DNA of 20,000 nucleotides from an uncultured virus (IMG/VR IMGVR_UViG_3300010051_000510) (IMGVR_UViG_3300010051_000510); one strand, 5' to 3'; positions 1 through 8,078 are shown, numbered from the stretch's first letter. Made by a program: numbers and translations. Notes: generated from the letters alone by a model not told the origin.

Positions 1-18
1 AGCCGATTTCGATAGACG

Positions 19-549
19 ATGAGCCGCCGGATGCCACCGACGCTGCAGCTGCACCCGTCCGAGCGAGGGCTGTGGCTGATCGCCTGCTGCGACCTGTCCG
101 TAACCTGGGACGCCACCTACGAACGCCCCGGCTGGTACCTGGACGCGGAAACCAATGCCGCCGAGCGCTGGCTGACCCGCCACCAGCTGCGCGGGGACTG
201 GCGGCCGCCCAGCGGCATGCCCCGCGCGGTCTTCCCCTCCCGCCGGCAGGCGCTACGGGCTGCTGAGGCCGCCCTGGCCGTCGATCCGCTGCCGCCCCGC
301 GACACGCTCAGCGTGCGCCGGCTCGCGGCGGGCCGCTACCAGCTCAACGACGGGGAGTTCGAAGTGACCCGCGAGCCCGGTCAGCGCAGCTGGCAGGTGA
401 CCCGTTCTCGCGACAGCATGTTCGTCATGGAGGCCTCAACCGTCGCCAGCGCTGCGCGCACCGCCCGCGCGATCGCCGGTCAGAACGACAGCAGGCGACG
501 CGCGCTGGAGGAAGTTCTGCCTTCGGCGCCTCGCACGGCCCTGCCGTAG
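19..549 (+). CDS. Paralog 1 of unrecognised tandem two-module Trp/Arg-rich family (176 aa)
   Basis: Family motifs: LQLH..RGLWLIACCDL, RWLTRHQL, FPSRRQALRAAEAALAVDPLPPR, VRRLAAGRY, SWQV, STVASAAR; closest to paralog 2 (1357-1806). Confidence 0.85.
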   Translation: MSRRMPPTLQLHPSERGLWLIACCDLSVTWDATYERPGWYLDAETNAAERWLTRHQLRGDWRPPSGMPRAVFPSRRQALRAAEAALAVDPLPPRDTLSVRRLAAGRYQLNDGEFEVTREPGQRSWQVTRSRDSMFVMEASTVASAARTARAIAGQNDSRRRALEEVLPSAPRTALP

Positions 550-576
550 GCGCCTCGTACCGGTCGCCGTCGATCC

Positions 577-585
577 GGATAGGTT
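577..585 (+). promoter_or_regulatory. Leaderless promoter, class A (GGATAGGTT)
   Basis: TAGGTT 580-585, 6 nt spacer, ATG 592; no SD. Confidence 0.75.
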
Positions 586-591
586 GATGGT

Positions 592-1338
592 ATGGCCAGC
601 GACCTTGAGGTTCCCCGCGCGTTCGATACCGCCGTCTATGTCAGCGAGCATGACTACGCGACCGCCAGCTGGCGTGAGGTCGCGATGTTCCGCGACGCGC
701 AGTTCCGCGACGTGACGAGCGGGTTCCTGCCCGGACGGGTGATGCAGTTGCGTGTCGCCAAGAGCGTGGATGAGGAGACCGGCACCTACCTGGACGTCGA
801 CGGCGATCGCGCCTTCGCCTCGTTCGAGATGGCCGGCGCTGAGGTTCGGCTGTACAACGGCAGCATCACCGCGGTCGGGTTCGTCGACCCCGCCGAGAAC
901 GACCCGGATTACACGCGCGGCGGCAGCTACCGGCTGCGGCGTTGGACGCAGGTGCCGTTCGCCCGGATTCAGCGCCGCGACGAGCAGCGCGCCGAGAACG
1001 CCAAGCTGGCCGACAAGCTCTCCGATCGCGACAAGCGGATCCTGGTCGCGATGCGCCAGTGGGCGCTGGATCACCGCGACGCCCCGACGCCGAACGAGGA
1101 CTGGGTGCGCATCCCCGCCGGCGACAGCGTCCAGCTGCCCGTCGCGGGGAAGGCCGTCACCGTCCGCGACAAGGACATGCAGCGGCTGTTTGACTCCCCG
1201 ATCGGCGAGCTGGTCATGAGCAGCGGCGACAGCAGCCGCTACGTCGAAGGTCGCGGCCGGGTGACGGTCCGCTCCTACCATCTGCTCGGCGTCGCGGAGG
1301 ACATCGCCGACAGCATCCTGGGTCGCGCCGACGACTGA
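592..1338 (+). CDS. Hypothetical protein (248 aa), possible C-terminal winged-helix
   Basis: Strong GC3 bias, leaderless start. C-terminal LSDRDKRILVAM...DKDMQRL...LV...RSYHLLGVAEDIA has a wHTH-like pattern (inference). Confidence 0.85.
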   Translation: MASDLEVPRAFDTAVYVSEHDYATASWREVAMFRDAQFRDVTSGFLPGRVMQLRVAKSVDEETGTYLDVDGDRAFASFEMAGAEVRLYNGSITAVGFVDPAENDPDYTRGGSYRLRRWTQVPFARIQRRDEQRAENAKLADKLSDRDKRILVAMRQWALDHRDAPTPNEDWVRIPAGDSVQLPVAGKAVTVRDKDMQRLFDSPIGELVMSSGDSSRYVEGRGRVTVRSYHLLGVAEDIADSILGRADD

Positions 1339-1356
1339 CCCGAGGACGCGGAGACG

Positions 1357-1806
1357 ATGGGAACGCTGCGTCTGCATCGCACCAACGCCGGCCGCGGCGG
1401 CTGGTATGTCGCCTCCTGCGACCTGGCGTTGCACTGGATGTTCTGGCGCAACGCCTGGACAATCCAAGGGGACACCTATGAGGCACATGACTGGGTTTGC
1501 CGTCACGACCTCGAAGCCACCCCCTTCCGTACCAGACGGGAAGCTGAGCGGGTCATCGCCGCGCTCCTGGATCAGGATCCGCTGCCGCCTCGCAGCCCGC
1601 TGCCGGTTCGCCGGCTCGCTGACGGCCGCTACGAGCTGCTCGGCGACCCGCACCCCGCCGCCTACACCGCCGTCCGGTCCGACAGCCCCGACGACCGGCG
1701 CTGGAACATCCATGACCCTGACGGCAATCTGGTCGCTCACGCCGACACGCTGCGCCTGGCCGCCCAAGCGGCGCTGCATGACAGCATGGCCCCCTTCCAG
1801 ACATGA
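1357..1806 (+). CDS. Paralog 2 of two-module family (149 aa); first of triplet A
   Basis: GGAG at 1350-1353; LRLHR..GRGGWYVASCDL, DWVCRHDL, FRTRREAERVIAALLDQDPLPPR, VRRLADGRY, RWNI, DTLRLAA. Confidence 0.88.
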   Translation: MGTLRLHRTNAGRGGWYVASCDLALHWMFWRNAWTIQGDTYEAHDWVCRHDLEATPFRTRREAERVIAALLDQDPLPPRSPLPVRRLADGRYELLGDPHPAAYTAVRSDSPDDRRWNIHDPDGNLVAHADTLRLAAQAALHDSMAPFQT

Positions 1807-2258
1807 CCCAGCTGCGACTTGCCGTGAAGCTGCGCCGGGTCACCACCGGCTGCTACCGCGTCGGCGACAGCGACATCCGCATCCAGCTCCAAGCGGACGG
1901 CTGGCGGGTCACCTTCGACTGGCCCAGCGACCCGACCTGGCTGGAACACCACGGGCTGCGCGACGCGCTGTTTCGGACGCGCGCCGCCGCGGCCCGAGCG
2001 ATCCAGGCGGCGATCGCGTTGGGCGGCGCGCCGCCGCAGAAGACCAAGCCGCACGTGCGGTTGCGTCCCGACGGCAACGGGGGATACCTCGCTGACGCAG
2101 GGCAGGTGACGTTGGCCGTGCAGCCTTGCGAGTGGGCTTCGCCGTTTCGCTGGGAGATCAAACGCGGGCAGCAGTCCCTGTGCTTGGCGGCGACGTTGGA
2201 TCAGGCCCGCCGCACCATCCAAAGCAGTGGGCTGTGGCCCGGAGCCGACCGTGCCTGA
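1803..2258 (+). CDS. Paralog 3 of two-module family (151 aa)
   Basis: ATGA overlap with paralog 2; LRRVTTGCYRVGDSDI, GWRV, WLEHHGL, FRTRAAAARAI, LRPDGNGGY, RWEI, ATLDQARRTI. Confidence 0.88.
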   Translation: MTQLRLAVKLRRVTTGCYRVGDSDIRIQLQADGWRVTFDWPSDPTWLEHHGLRDALFRTRAAAARAIQAAIALGGAPPQKTKPHVRLRPDGNGGYLADAGQVTLAVQPCEWASPFRWEIKRGQQSLCLAATLDQARRTIQSSGLWPGADRA

Positions 2259-2670
2259 CCTGCCCGCCGCCCGGCTGCGACGGGTCGCGCCCGGCTACTG
2301 GCGGATGGGGGACAGCGACGTCACCATCGGCCGTCAACGCCCCGACGGCTGGAAGGTCGCCTCTTCCTGGCTGCTCAGCGCCGACTGGCTGCAAGCCAAC
2401 GGCATGCTCGGCGCGAGCTTCCCGACGCTGTCATCCGCGGCCCGCGCGCTGACCGCCGCCGCCGGCATGTCCGGGCCGCCGCCCACGCCGACGCATCAGC
2501 CGGCGCCGTTGCGCCACGCCGGCCCCGGCCTCTACGTGGCCGGCAAAGACGACGGCTTCACCGTGGCGAGAGCCGGCGGCGGCTGGCACGTCGATCATGG
2601 CAGCGCGCGCATCGCCTGGTGTCGCACCTTGCATGAGGCCCGGCGGAGGATCGGGTCCCTGATCGCATGA
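2251..2670 (+). CDS. Paralog 4 of two-module family (139 aa, GTG start)
   Basis: GGAG 2241-2244 then GTG 2251, 8-nt overlap with paralog 3; LRRVAPGYWRMGDSDV, GWKV, WLQANGM, FPTLSSAARAL, LRHAGPGLY, GWHV, RTLHEARRRI. Confidence 0.87.
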   Translation: MPDLPAARLRRVAPGYWRMGDSDVTIGRQRPDGWKVASSWLLSADWLQANGMLGASFPTLSSAARALTAAAGMSGPPPTPTHQPAPLRHAGPGLYVAGKDDGFTVARAGGGWHVDHGSARIAWCRTLHEARRRIGSLIA

Positions 2671-2685
2671 CGGCCAGCTGACAAC

Positions 2686-2711
2686 CCCAGGATCGGGATC
2701 TCCCGGCTGGG
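2686..2711 (+). terminator. Possible hairpin terminator after triplet A
   Basis: CCCAG..CGGGA-TC-TCCCG..CTGGG interrupted inverted repeat between stop 2670 and the next promoter; no U-tract. Confidence 0.35.
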
Positions 2712-2722
2712 CGCCCGCGTCT

Positions 2723-2733
2723 TAGGTTCAAGC
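2723..2733 (+). promoter_or_regulatory. Leaderless promoter, class B (TAGGTTCAAGC)
   Basis: TAGGTT 2723-2728, 5 nt, ATG 2734. Confidence 0.75.
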
Positions 2734-3423
2734 ATGAGCGAGAACGCGAAGAGCTGGCTGGCGGGGATCTTCACGGTCGGCCTGCTGGCGATGATCATCA
2801 GCGTCGGCGCTGTCGCGCTTGCCGCCGACAACAGCGGCCGTCAGCCCAACAACCATCCGGAGACCTACTCGCACAGCCAGCTGATGCAGGTGTCCGACAC
2901 CGCGTTCATCGCCAGCGGCGACGGCCCCACGCCGCAGCAGCTCTGCCGCGGAGGCAGCGGCGTTGATGATCACTGGCCGATCACCAGCTTCGACGGGACA
3001 CCCGCCGAATGGATCAGCTGCGACAAACCGCAGACGTTCGGAGCCACAGGGGAAGCCTCCCCGAACCTCGGGCATTCGATCATCAGCACCGTCCAGCAAA
3101 TGTGGGTGTGGGTGGCCGGCGGCGCTCTCCTGGCGCTGCTGGCCGCGATCGCGTGCTTCGCGGCGGTCAGCGAACAACTGCGCCGACGCGAAGAAGATCG
3201 CCACGAACAGGAGCGCCAGCAGCGCATCAAGGAGGCGCTGGGGCAGAAGACCGCCCTGCTGGGCGCCGCCTACGCGGACGGCCTCATCGACGACGACCAG
3301 CTGGACCGGGCGCTGGGGAAGATGGTCAACGCCGCCTACACCCCCGACGAGAACACCACCCACGAGCAGGCCGTGTTGCTGCGCGCGCTCGGCATCGAGC
3401 CGGCCGCGCCGGAGGGCCGCTGA
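2734..3423 (+). CDS. Membrane protein (229 aa), two hydrophobic segments
   Basis: N-terminal WLAGIFTVGLLAMIISVGAVALA, probable extracytoplasmic region with 2 Cys, second TM MWVWVAGGALLALLAAIACFAAV, then charged coiled-coil-like stretch. Confidence 0.85.
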   Translation: MSENAKSWLAGIFTVGLLAMIISVGAVALAADNSGRQPNNHPETYSHSQLMQVSDTAFIASGDGPTPQQLCRGGSGVDDHWPITSFDGTPAEWISCDKPQTFGATGEASPNLGHSIISTVQQMWVWVAGGALLALLAAIACFAAVSEQLRRREEDRHEQERQQRIKEALGQKTALLGAAYADGLIDDDQLDRALGKMVNAAYTPDENTTHEQAVLLRALGIEPAAPEGR

Positions 3424-3453
3424 CATGGGCACGCTGCCCGTCCAGCAGCGGCT

Positions 3454-3666
3454 GTGAGACCAGCGGGGGCTGCTGGCTGGGTGTTAGCGGGCGTCGCGCT
3501 TGCGGGTCTCATTGGTGTGCGGGCGCTCATGACAGCACGCTGTCAGCGAATCGCACATGCGCTTGTACGGGGCGATCGCTCATCCGCCGCGCGCGGTGAG
3601 ATGCCCATCGTAGGCAGCGCACATCTCGTCGAAGCGCGGGGCGATCACCTCGATAACCAGCGTTGA
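3454..3666 (+). CDS. Possible small membrane protein (70 aa)
   Basis: Hydrophobic GWVLAGVALAGLIGV; GTG overlaps stop of 10-aa mini-ORF 3425-3457; the 3' part overlaps the convergent gene, so uncertain. Confidence 0.3.
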   Translation: MRPAGAAGWVLAGVALAGLIGVRALMTARCQRIAHALVRGDRSSAARGEMPIVGSAHLVEARGDHLDNQR

Positions 3667-4053
3667 GCGGAAACTGCAGCTGCGCCGACCGTCGCGAACG
3701 TGAGCAGCTGCTGCGCGGCGAGCGCCAAGGCTGGTGAACCTCGCCACCTCAAGGGCCCCGGCAGCGAACCCTCCGTCATCGACACAGGCAACCGCTGCCG
3801 TGTCGACAGCCGAAGGCCACGACCGTCTGACCTCTGGTGAGGGTTGCAGCACCCGGACGGAGCATTCCCGCCAGCTGCGAAAGACGCCGAATCCCGCTCG
3901 CTGCCCCAGCAGCTGCAACGGGCTCATTCTCGCAGGGCCGCCGTCGAACGTCCCTGCCGCCCACAAGCCAACGGCAGCCGCGGCCGCTGCGATTGCGCAC
4001 CCCACGACGACACGCGCCGGCTTGGAGGCCAGGTATGAATAGCCGGGATTCAA
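3580..4053 (-). CDS. Membrane-anchored/secreted Cys-containing protein (157 aa)
   Basis: TTG start overlaps stop of upstream minus gene (TTGA); N-terminal hydrophobic VVVGCAIAAAAAAVGLWAAG; four Cys in the mature part. Confidence 0.7.
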   Translation of the reverse strand: MNPGYSYLASKPARVVVGCAIAAAAAAVGLWAAGTFDGGPARMSPLQLLGQRAGFGVFRSWRECSVRVLQPSPEVRRSWPSAVDTAAVACVDDGGFAAGALEVARFTSLGARRAAAAHVRDGRRSCSFRSTLVIEVIAPRFDEMCAAYDGHLTARGG

Positions 4054-4571
4054 CGGCCGCCTTTGCGACGGCCAGACAAGGTCTTGCGCGGCGCGTTCAG
4101 CTGATCGGTGCGGTCTTGTTCGGGTGCCGACTGACCGGGGGCCGCTCGCGCGGCGGGCCGGGCGCCGCGCGGCGGATCCGGCTCATCGGGGAGGAAGGTC
4201 CGCTGATCGGTGCCCGGCGCCGGCGCGGGCCTGCGAGAACTGCGCGCCTGGCCGGAGGGCGGGGGAGGGCCGTCGGTGATCTTCCAGCCCTGCTCTTTGG
4301 CGATCTCCTTCATCGCCAACCATCGGGCTCCGTCGGGGCGACCGGCGGCGATCCACGCCTTGCGTTCCCGCGACCCGTCGTTGCGGATGAACAGCAGGAA
4401 GCACACCACCAGCGCCAGCGCCGTCCAGTACCAGCGATGCCAGGTGATCTGGACGACCGTCACGACCGCGATCGCGGCGATCCACCGCAACGCGATGTTG
4501 GCGAGGCTCGGCACGAACCATTCGAGCTGCTCCTCGACTTCCCGTCTCACGGACTTACGGCGCGTGAACAC
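4050..4571 (-). CDS. Membrane protein (173 aa), two TM segments and Pro/Arg-rich tail
   Basis: 3' part of ORF 4050-5573; GTG 4571 lies 7 nt after TAGGCT; IALRWIAAIAVVTVV and WYWTALALVVCFLLFI hydrophobic helices. Confidence 0.75.
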   Translation of the reverse strand: MFTRRKSVRREVEEQLEWFVPSLANIALRWIAAIAVVTVVQITWHRWYWTALALVVCFLLFIRNDGSRERKAWIAAGRPDGARWLAMKEIAKEQGWKITDGPPPPSGQARSSRRPAPAPGTDQRTFLPDEPDPPRGARPAARAAPGQSAPEQDRTDQLNAPRKTLSGRRKGGR

Positions 4572-4578
4572 GAGCGCG

Positions 4579-4584
4579 AGCCTA
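4579..4584 (-). promoter_or_regulatory. Leaderless promoter -10 (TAGGCT), divergent from the 4602 promoter
   Basis: AGCCTA on + strand; 7 nt to GTG 4571. Confidence 0.6.
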
Positions 4585-4601
4585 ACGCGCCTGGGCGAAA
4601 C

Positions 4602-4614
4602 GCGGATAACGTGC
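4602..4614 (+). promoter_or_regulatory. Leaderless promoter, class A (GCGGATAACGTGC)
   Basis: Exact 13-mer also at 15548 and 19552; TAACGT 4607-4612, 7 nt, ATG 4620. Confidence 0.85.
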
Positions 4615-4619
4615 GATTC

Positions 4620-4964
4620 ATGACCGACGAGACGAACACCACCACGCTCGCCGACTGGGCGCACATTCCGCAGACGAAGGTGCCCGGGGAAGGCGACAAG
4701 CCGTTCAACCTGCGCGACATGCAGCAGATCGCCCGCGCCGCCGGCCACGGCCACGGCAGCAAGGGCGTCTTCGATCAGCCCAACCCGTGGTTCAGCTTGG
4801 AGGGCAACGTCCGCCCCAGCTACGACGTCACCTTCATCCAGACGTTCAACCCCGACGTCGTCGATCATCTGCTGGAGCGGCTGATCGACGCCGAGGAGAA
4901 GCTCGCCGGGTTCGAGCGGGTCGGCGTGAAGGTCCTCGGGCCGGTCGACGCCACCGACCGCTGA
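4620..4964 (+). CDS. Ead/Ea22-like phage protein (114 aa)
   Basis: 3' part of ORF 3837-4964 from leaderless ATG 4620; LRDMQQIARAA...W...DVTFIQTFNPDVVDHLLERLIDAEEKLA resembles the Ead/Ea22 pattern (FIAAANPATVLALLDELEAAE), recalled not searched. Confidence 0.7.
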   Translation: MTDETNTTTLADWAHIPQTKVPGEGDKPFNLRDMQQIARAAGHGHGSKGVFDQPNPWFSLEGNVRPSYDVTFIQTFNPDVVDHLLERLIDAEEKLAGFERVGVKVLGPVDATDR

Positions 4965-4982
4965 CCCGGGCGGCCCCCCGGG
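4965..4982 (+). terminator. Possible hairpin terminator
   Basis: CCCGGG-CGGCCC-CCCGGG directly after stop 4964; no U-tract. Confidence 0.3.
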
Positions 4983-5015
4983 GCACAATCGCCGTTCGGC
5001 GTCCACCGGCCGAGG

Positions 5016-5021
5016 TAGCTT
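5016..5021 (+). promoter_or_regulatory. Leaderless promoter -10 (TAGCTT)
   Basis: GGTAGCTT, 7 nt, ATG 5029. Confidence 0.6.
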
Positions 5022-5028
5022 CCCGATC

Positions 5029-5265
5029 ATGAGACGTGCCTTCGTCATCGCGTTGCTGGGCGTCGTTGCGCTCGGGGTGCTGTGGGTGGCCGGCGAGATG
5101 CACGTCCGCAACTGCCAGCACGCCGGCAAGATCAACTGCACCGTGCTGCCCTGGTCCGGAGACAAGGCTGGGTCACCGCGCGTTGACTGGGGCGGCGGCG
5201 ATGTCAGCGGGCTTCCCTCCAACGACGGCTTCCCCGCAGACAACAACGGAGGATGGGGCAACTGA
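5029..5265 (+). CDS. Small membrane-anchored protein (78 aa)
   Basis: MRR plus hydrophobic AFVIALLGVVALGVLWVAG, Cys pair, Gly-rich tail. Confidence 0.75.
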   Translation: MRRAFVIALLGVVALGVLWVAGEMHVRNCQHAGKINCTVLPWSGDKAGSPRVDWGGGDVSGLPSNDGFPADNNGGWGN

Positions 5266-5267
5266 CC

Positions 5268-5495
5268 ATGGCAAGGATCGCGCTCACCCTGTCGATCGTC
5301 GCCGTCCTGCTCGGCGGCGGCGCCCTCGCCGTCGCGCTCACCCGCAACGACAACTCGGGCGCCGATAAGCGTCTGGCCTGCCTGGAACAGCTGCTGATCG
5401 ACCGCTACTCCAAGTCGCAGATCGAACGCGAGTACGAGGAGTTCAGCGGCAACCCGGACACCGCCCAGACGATCGTGTACTGCCGCGAGTCCTGA
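5268..5495 (+). CDS. Small secreted/membrane-anchored protein (75 aa)
   Basis: ATG 5268, 2 nt after previous stop; IALTLSIVAVLLGGGALAVAL signal/anchor; Cys pair. Confidence 0.75.
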   Translation: MARIALTLSIVAVLLGGGALAVALTRNDNSGADKRLACLEQLLIDRYSKSQIEREYEEFSGNPDTAQTIVYCRES

Positions 5496-5548
5496 GCGGG
5501 CCCGGAGGCCGGCGCCGGGGACGCCACCGCCGCTGCGATACTGGCCCG

Positions 5549-5971
5549 GTGGCCAAGAAGAGACGCAAACCACAGCGCCCGGACCTCAAGATCCGACGCA
5601 CCGAAGACGGTGATGTCGCCACCCGCGCCGACGGCCTTGTCGTCTGCGATTTCTGCCTGGCCGATGACCCGCAGTGGGAGTACGAGGCCAAGGACATGGC
5701 GATCACCGCGCACCCGCAGATCGACATGTCCCAGGGCGCCTGGGCGGCCTGCGAGGATTGCGTCGCCCTGATTGAAGCCAACGACGTCGACGGGCTCCTG
5801 GACCGTTGCGTGCGCGAGCAGCGCCTGAACATGCCTGAAGGCACCCCTAACGCGGACGGCACCGGGATCGTTCATTGGCCGTCCCCGCTGGATCACCGCG
5901 ATCTGCTGCGGCCGAACCTGGTGCGGTTCTTCTTCTCCAAGCGCGGCGGGCCGGTCCCCATCCAACCCTGA
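5549..5971 (+). CDS. Putative Zn-binding protein (140 aa)
   Basis: CDFC...WAACEDC four-Cys motif; GTG start 6 nt after GATACT (5537-5542); basic N-terminus. Confidence 0.82.
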   Translation: MAKKRRKPQRPDLKIRRTEDGDVATRADGLVVCDFCLADDPQWEYEAKDMAITAHPQIDMSQGAWAACEDCVALIEANDVDGLLDRCVREQRLNMPEGTPNADGTGIVHWPSPLDHRDLLRPNLVRFFFSKRGGPVPIQP

Positions 5972-5990
5972 CCGCCGGGCCGGACGCCGG

Positions 5991-5996
5991 TAGGAT
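5991..5996 (+). promoter_or_regulatory. Leaderless promoter -10 (TAGGAT)
   Basis: GGTAGGAT, 7 nt, ATG 6004 of a 10-aa mini-ORF. Confidence 0.65.
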
Positions 5997-6003
5997 CGCC
6001 GCC

Positions 6004-6036
6004 ATGAGCCAGCCTGCCAACGCCCACCGCCGATGA
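6004..6036 (+). CDS. Leaderless mini-ORF MSQPANAHRR coupled to the RHH gene
   Basis: ATG at the leaderless position; TGA 6034-6036 overlaps ATG 6033 (ATGA). Confidence 0.45.
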   Translation: MSQPANAHRR

Positions 6037-6323
6037 GCCGAGACGACCTGTGGCTGCGCAGCAAACGGCCGGGGGAGAAATGGCCGCGGTTCTCCGCGGA
6101 GGTTCCCCCGGAGCTGGCGGAGATGCTCGACGCCGCCCAACGCAAGAGTCTCGGCGTGAACGCCAGCAGCACCAACGCGAACCGGGCGAATCTCGTCCGC
6201 GCCGGCCTGCGCCTGTACCTCAACCACGTCGACCCTGAGCCCCAGCCGCCCACCTACGACGTTGACGGGACCGCGGAGGAGATCATCGACCTGCCGCTGC
6301 TCGACCAGGCCCGCCGCTCCTGA
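6033..6323 (+). CDS. Ribbon-helix-helix-like DNA-binding protein (96 aa)
   Basis: RFSAEV (strand), PPELAEMLDAAQRKS (helix A), NRANLVRAGLRLYL (helix B): CopG/Arc-type pattern with a longer loop; acidic tail. Confidence 0.65.
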   Translation: MSRDDLWLRSKRPGEKWPRFSAEVPPELAEMLDAAQRKSLGVNASSTNANRANLVRAGLRLYLNHVDPEPQPPTYDVDGTAEEIIDLPLLDQARRS

Positions 6324-6352
6324 CCGACCCGTGAAGTGCGCGGCGCTGACTC

Positions 6353-6365
6353 GCGGATAGTGTGC
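6353..6365 (+). promoter_or_regulatory. Leaderless promoter, class A (GCGGATAGTGTGC)
   Basis: TAGTGT 6358-6363, 6 nt, ATG 6370. Confidence 0.8.
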
Positions 6366-6369
6366 GTTC

Positions 6370-6690
6370 ATGAGCAGCCCAGACCTGATGACGGCGCTGA
6401 TGGTGAGCTTCGTCCGCTCCGACGACCCTGACGTGCCGACCCTGCGCCTCACGGACGCCGGCTGGATCACCCCGCGTAACGGCCTGCCGGTCAGCCTGCC
6501 GCAGGCCTGGCGGATCGCCGAGCACATCACCCAAGGCGCCGGCGAGGACATCCTCGCCCAGACCGACCAGCTGTGCGCCGCCCTGAAGGGCAGCGACGAC
6601 CCCGCCGACCAGAACACCCTCCAGAACCTGCTGGCCGGCATCGAAGCCATCAAGGCTGAGCAGGCCGCCAAGCCGCGCGCGGGTCGATGA
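6370..6690 (+). CDS. Hypothetical protein (106 aa), lead gene of triplet B
   Basis: Leaderless start, strong GC3 bias, ATGA-coupled to paralog 5. Confidence 0.82.
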   Translation: MSSPDLMTALMVSFVRSDDPDVPTLRLTDAGWITPRNGLPVSLPQAWRIAEHITQGAGEDILAQTDQLCAALKGSDDPADQNTLQNLLAGIEAIKAEQAAKPRAGR

Positions 6691-7181
6691 TCCGCGACCG
6701 CGGGGACCTGAAGGTGGCGTGCCTGACCGCCGGCAACTGGGATGTCGTCGGCACCCACCTGTGCATCGCCCAGGACGAGGCCGGCTGGGCGGCCGTCGCT
6801 CTCAGCGACGGCGACACCGCCCGCTGGCTTCGCAAGAGTGGCCTGTTCGATGTCGAGTTCCCGACCATGAAAGCCTGCCTGCGAGCGCTTCAAGGCGCCG
6901 ACGCGCTCAAGCCCGCCCCGCGCTCCCCCTTCCGGCTGCAGCTTCGCCGCAGCCCGCAGGGCGGGTACGTCAGCAGCTGCGGGCACTGGACGGTCCGCCG
7001 CGACCCCCGCGACCCGCTCGACTGGGTCGCCAGCTACCAGGACCGAGAGATCATGTCGGCGCGGACCCTGGCCTCCATCGCCACCAACTGCGCGGTCTGG
7101 CAGCGACGAAGCGCCCCCACCGGCGGTCACCGGCCCATCCCCGACGTGACGGCGCACCTGCCGCTGCGGCTCCCGATCTAG
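6687..7181 (+). CDS. Paralog 5 of two-module family (164 aa); first of triplet B
   Basis: LKVACLTAGNWDVVGT, GWAAV, RWLRKSGL, FPTMKACLRAL, LRRSPQGGY, DWVA, RTLASIA. Confidence 0.85.
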   Translation: MIRDRGDLKVACLTAGNWDVVGTHLCIAQDEAGWAAVALSDGDTARWLRKSGLFDVEFPTMKACLRALQGADALKPAPRSPFRLQLRRSPQGGYVSSCGHWTVRRDPRDPLDWVASYQDREIMSARTLASIATNCAVWQRRSAPTGGHRPIPDVTAHLPLRLPI

Positions 7182-7194
7182 CCCCCGTGCGGTC

Positions 7195-7641
7195 ATGACC
7201 GACGCCACAGCTCGCGGCAGGGTCCCGCTGCGCCGGATGTGGTCGGGCTGGCAGCTCGGCGACTGGCGCATCTACATGATCAGCAACCGCGGTGCATGGA
7301 TGCTGATCACCACCGATCAGACGTCGCAGATGTGGCTGACCGAGCAGCGGCTGGGCATCGCCAGCTTCCCCAGCCGCGAAGCCGCCCGGCGCGCGTTCGA
7401 GGCGGCCGCCGCCATCAACCCGCCGAACGACCTCCCGCGGTGCAGGCCGGTGCGCCTGCGCCGCGTCAGAGATGATCTGTGGCGCTACGAGGACTGGGGC
7501 GTGCTGGCCTGCGGCGGCTCCTATCGGATCATCGTCCCGGACGGGCGCTATGTGCGGTGGGGCAGCCTGGACCAGCCGACCCTCCGATCATCCGCCTCTG
7601 TCATCGCGTGGAACCTGCCACGGCGGGAGGCGTCATCGTGA
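7195..7641 (+). CDS. Paralog 6 of two-module family (148 aa)
   Basis: LRRMWSGWQLGD, GAWML, WLTEQRL, FPSREAARRAFEAAAAINPP, VRLRRVRDDLW, PTLRSSASVI. Confidence 0.85.
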   Translation: MTDATARGRVPLRRMWSGWQLGDWRIYMISNRGAWMLITTDQTSQMWLTEQRLGIASFPSREAARRAFEAAAAINPPNDLPRCRPVRLRRVRDDLWRYEDWGVLACGGSYRIIVPDGRYVRWGSLDQPTLRSSASVIAWNLPRREASS

Positions 7642-8078
7642 GCTTGCGACTGACCCAGATCATCAGCGGCTACTGGACGGTCGAAGGCGCCGACCTGGAA
7701 CTGTGGCGCGCCACGCGCGGGTGGCGGGTCGCATCCACCGAGCAGCCCACCCGTCTGTGGCTGGAGGAACACGACCTCACCGAAGCGCGATTCCCCCGCC
7801 GCAAGGATCTGCTGCGGACGTTGGAGGCGCTGCTGGACCTGGGCGCTCCGCCGCTGACCGGCGCGCAGCCGGTCAAGCTGCTGCGGGTCGGCCGCAGGGC
7901 GTACGCCACCTGCGACCGGCGGTTCCATGTCGAACGCGTGGACCCGCCGATCAGCGGATGCAAATGGCGGGTCGTGGATCCCTCGGGAGGATCGGAGATC
8001 ACCCGGACCTTACGCTCGGCTGCGCGCCTGATCGGAGCGTCCCACGCCGAAAGCTCCGCGACCCTGACCGGAGGATAA
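7638..8078 (+). CDS. Paralog 7 of two-module family (146 aa, GTG start)
   Basis: GGAGG 7626-7630, GTGA overlap; LRLTQIISGYWTVEG, GWRV, WLEEHDL, FPRRKDLLRTLEALL, VKLLRVGRRAY, KWRV, RTLRSAARLI. Confidence 0.87.
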   Translation: MSLRLTQIISGYWTVEGADLELWRATRGWRVASTEQPTRLWLEEHDLTEARFPRRKDLLRTLEALLDLGAPPLTGAQPVKLLRVGRRAYATCDRRFHVERVDPPISGCKWRVVDPSGGSEITRTLRSAARLIGASHAESSATLTGG

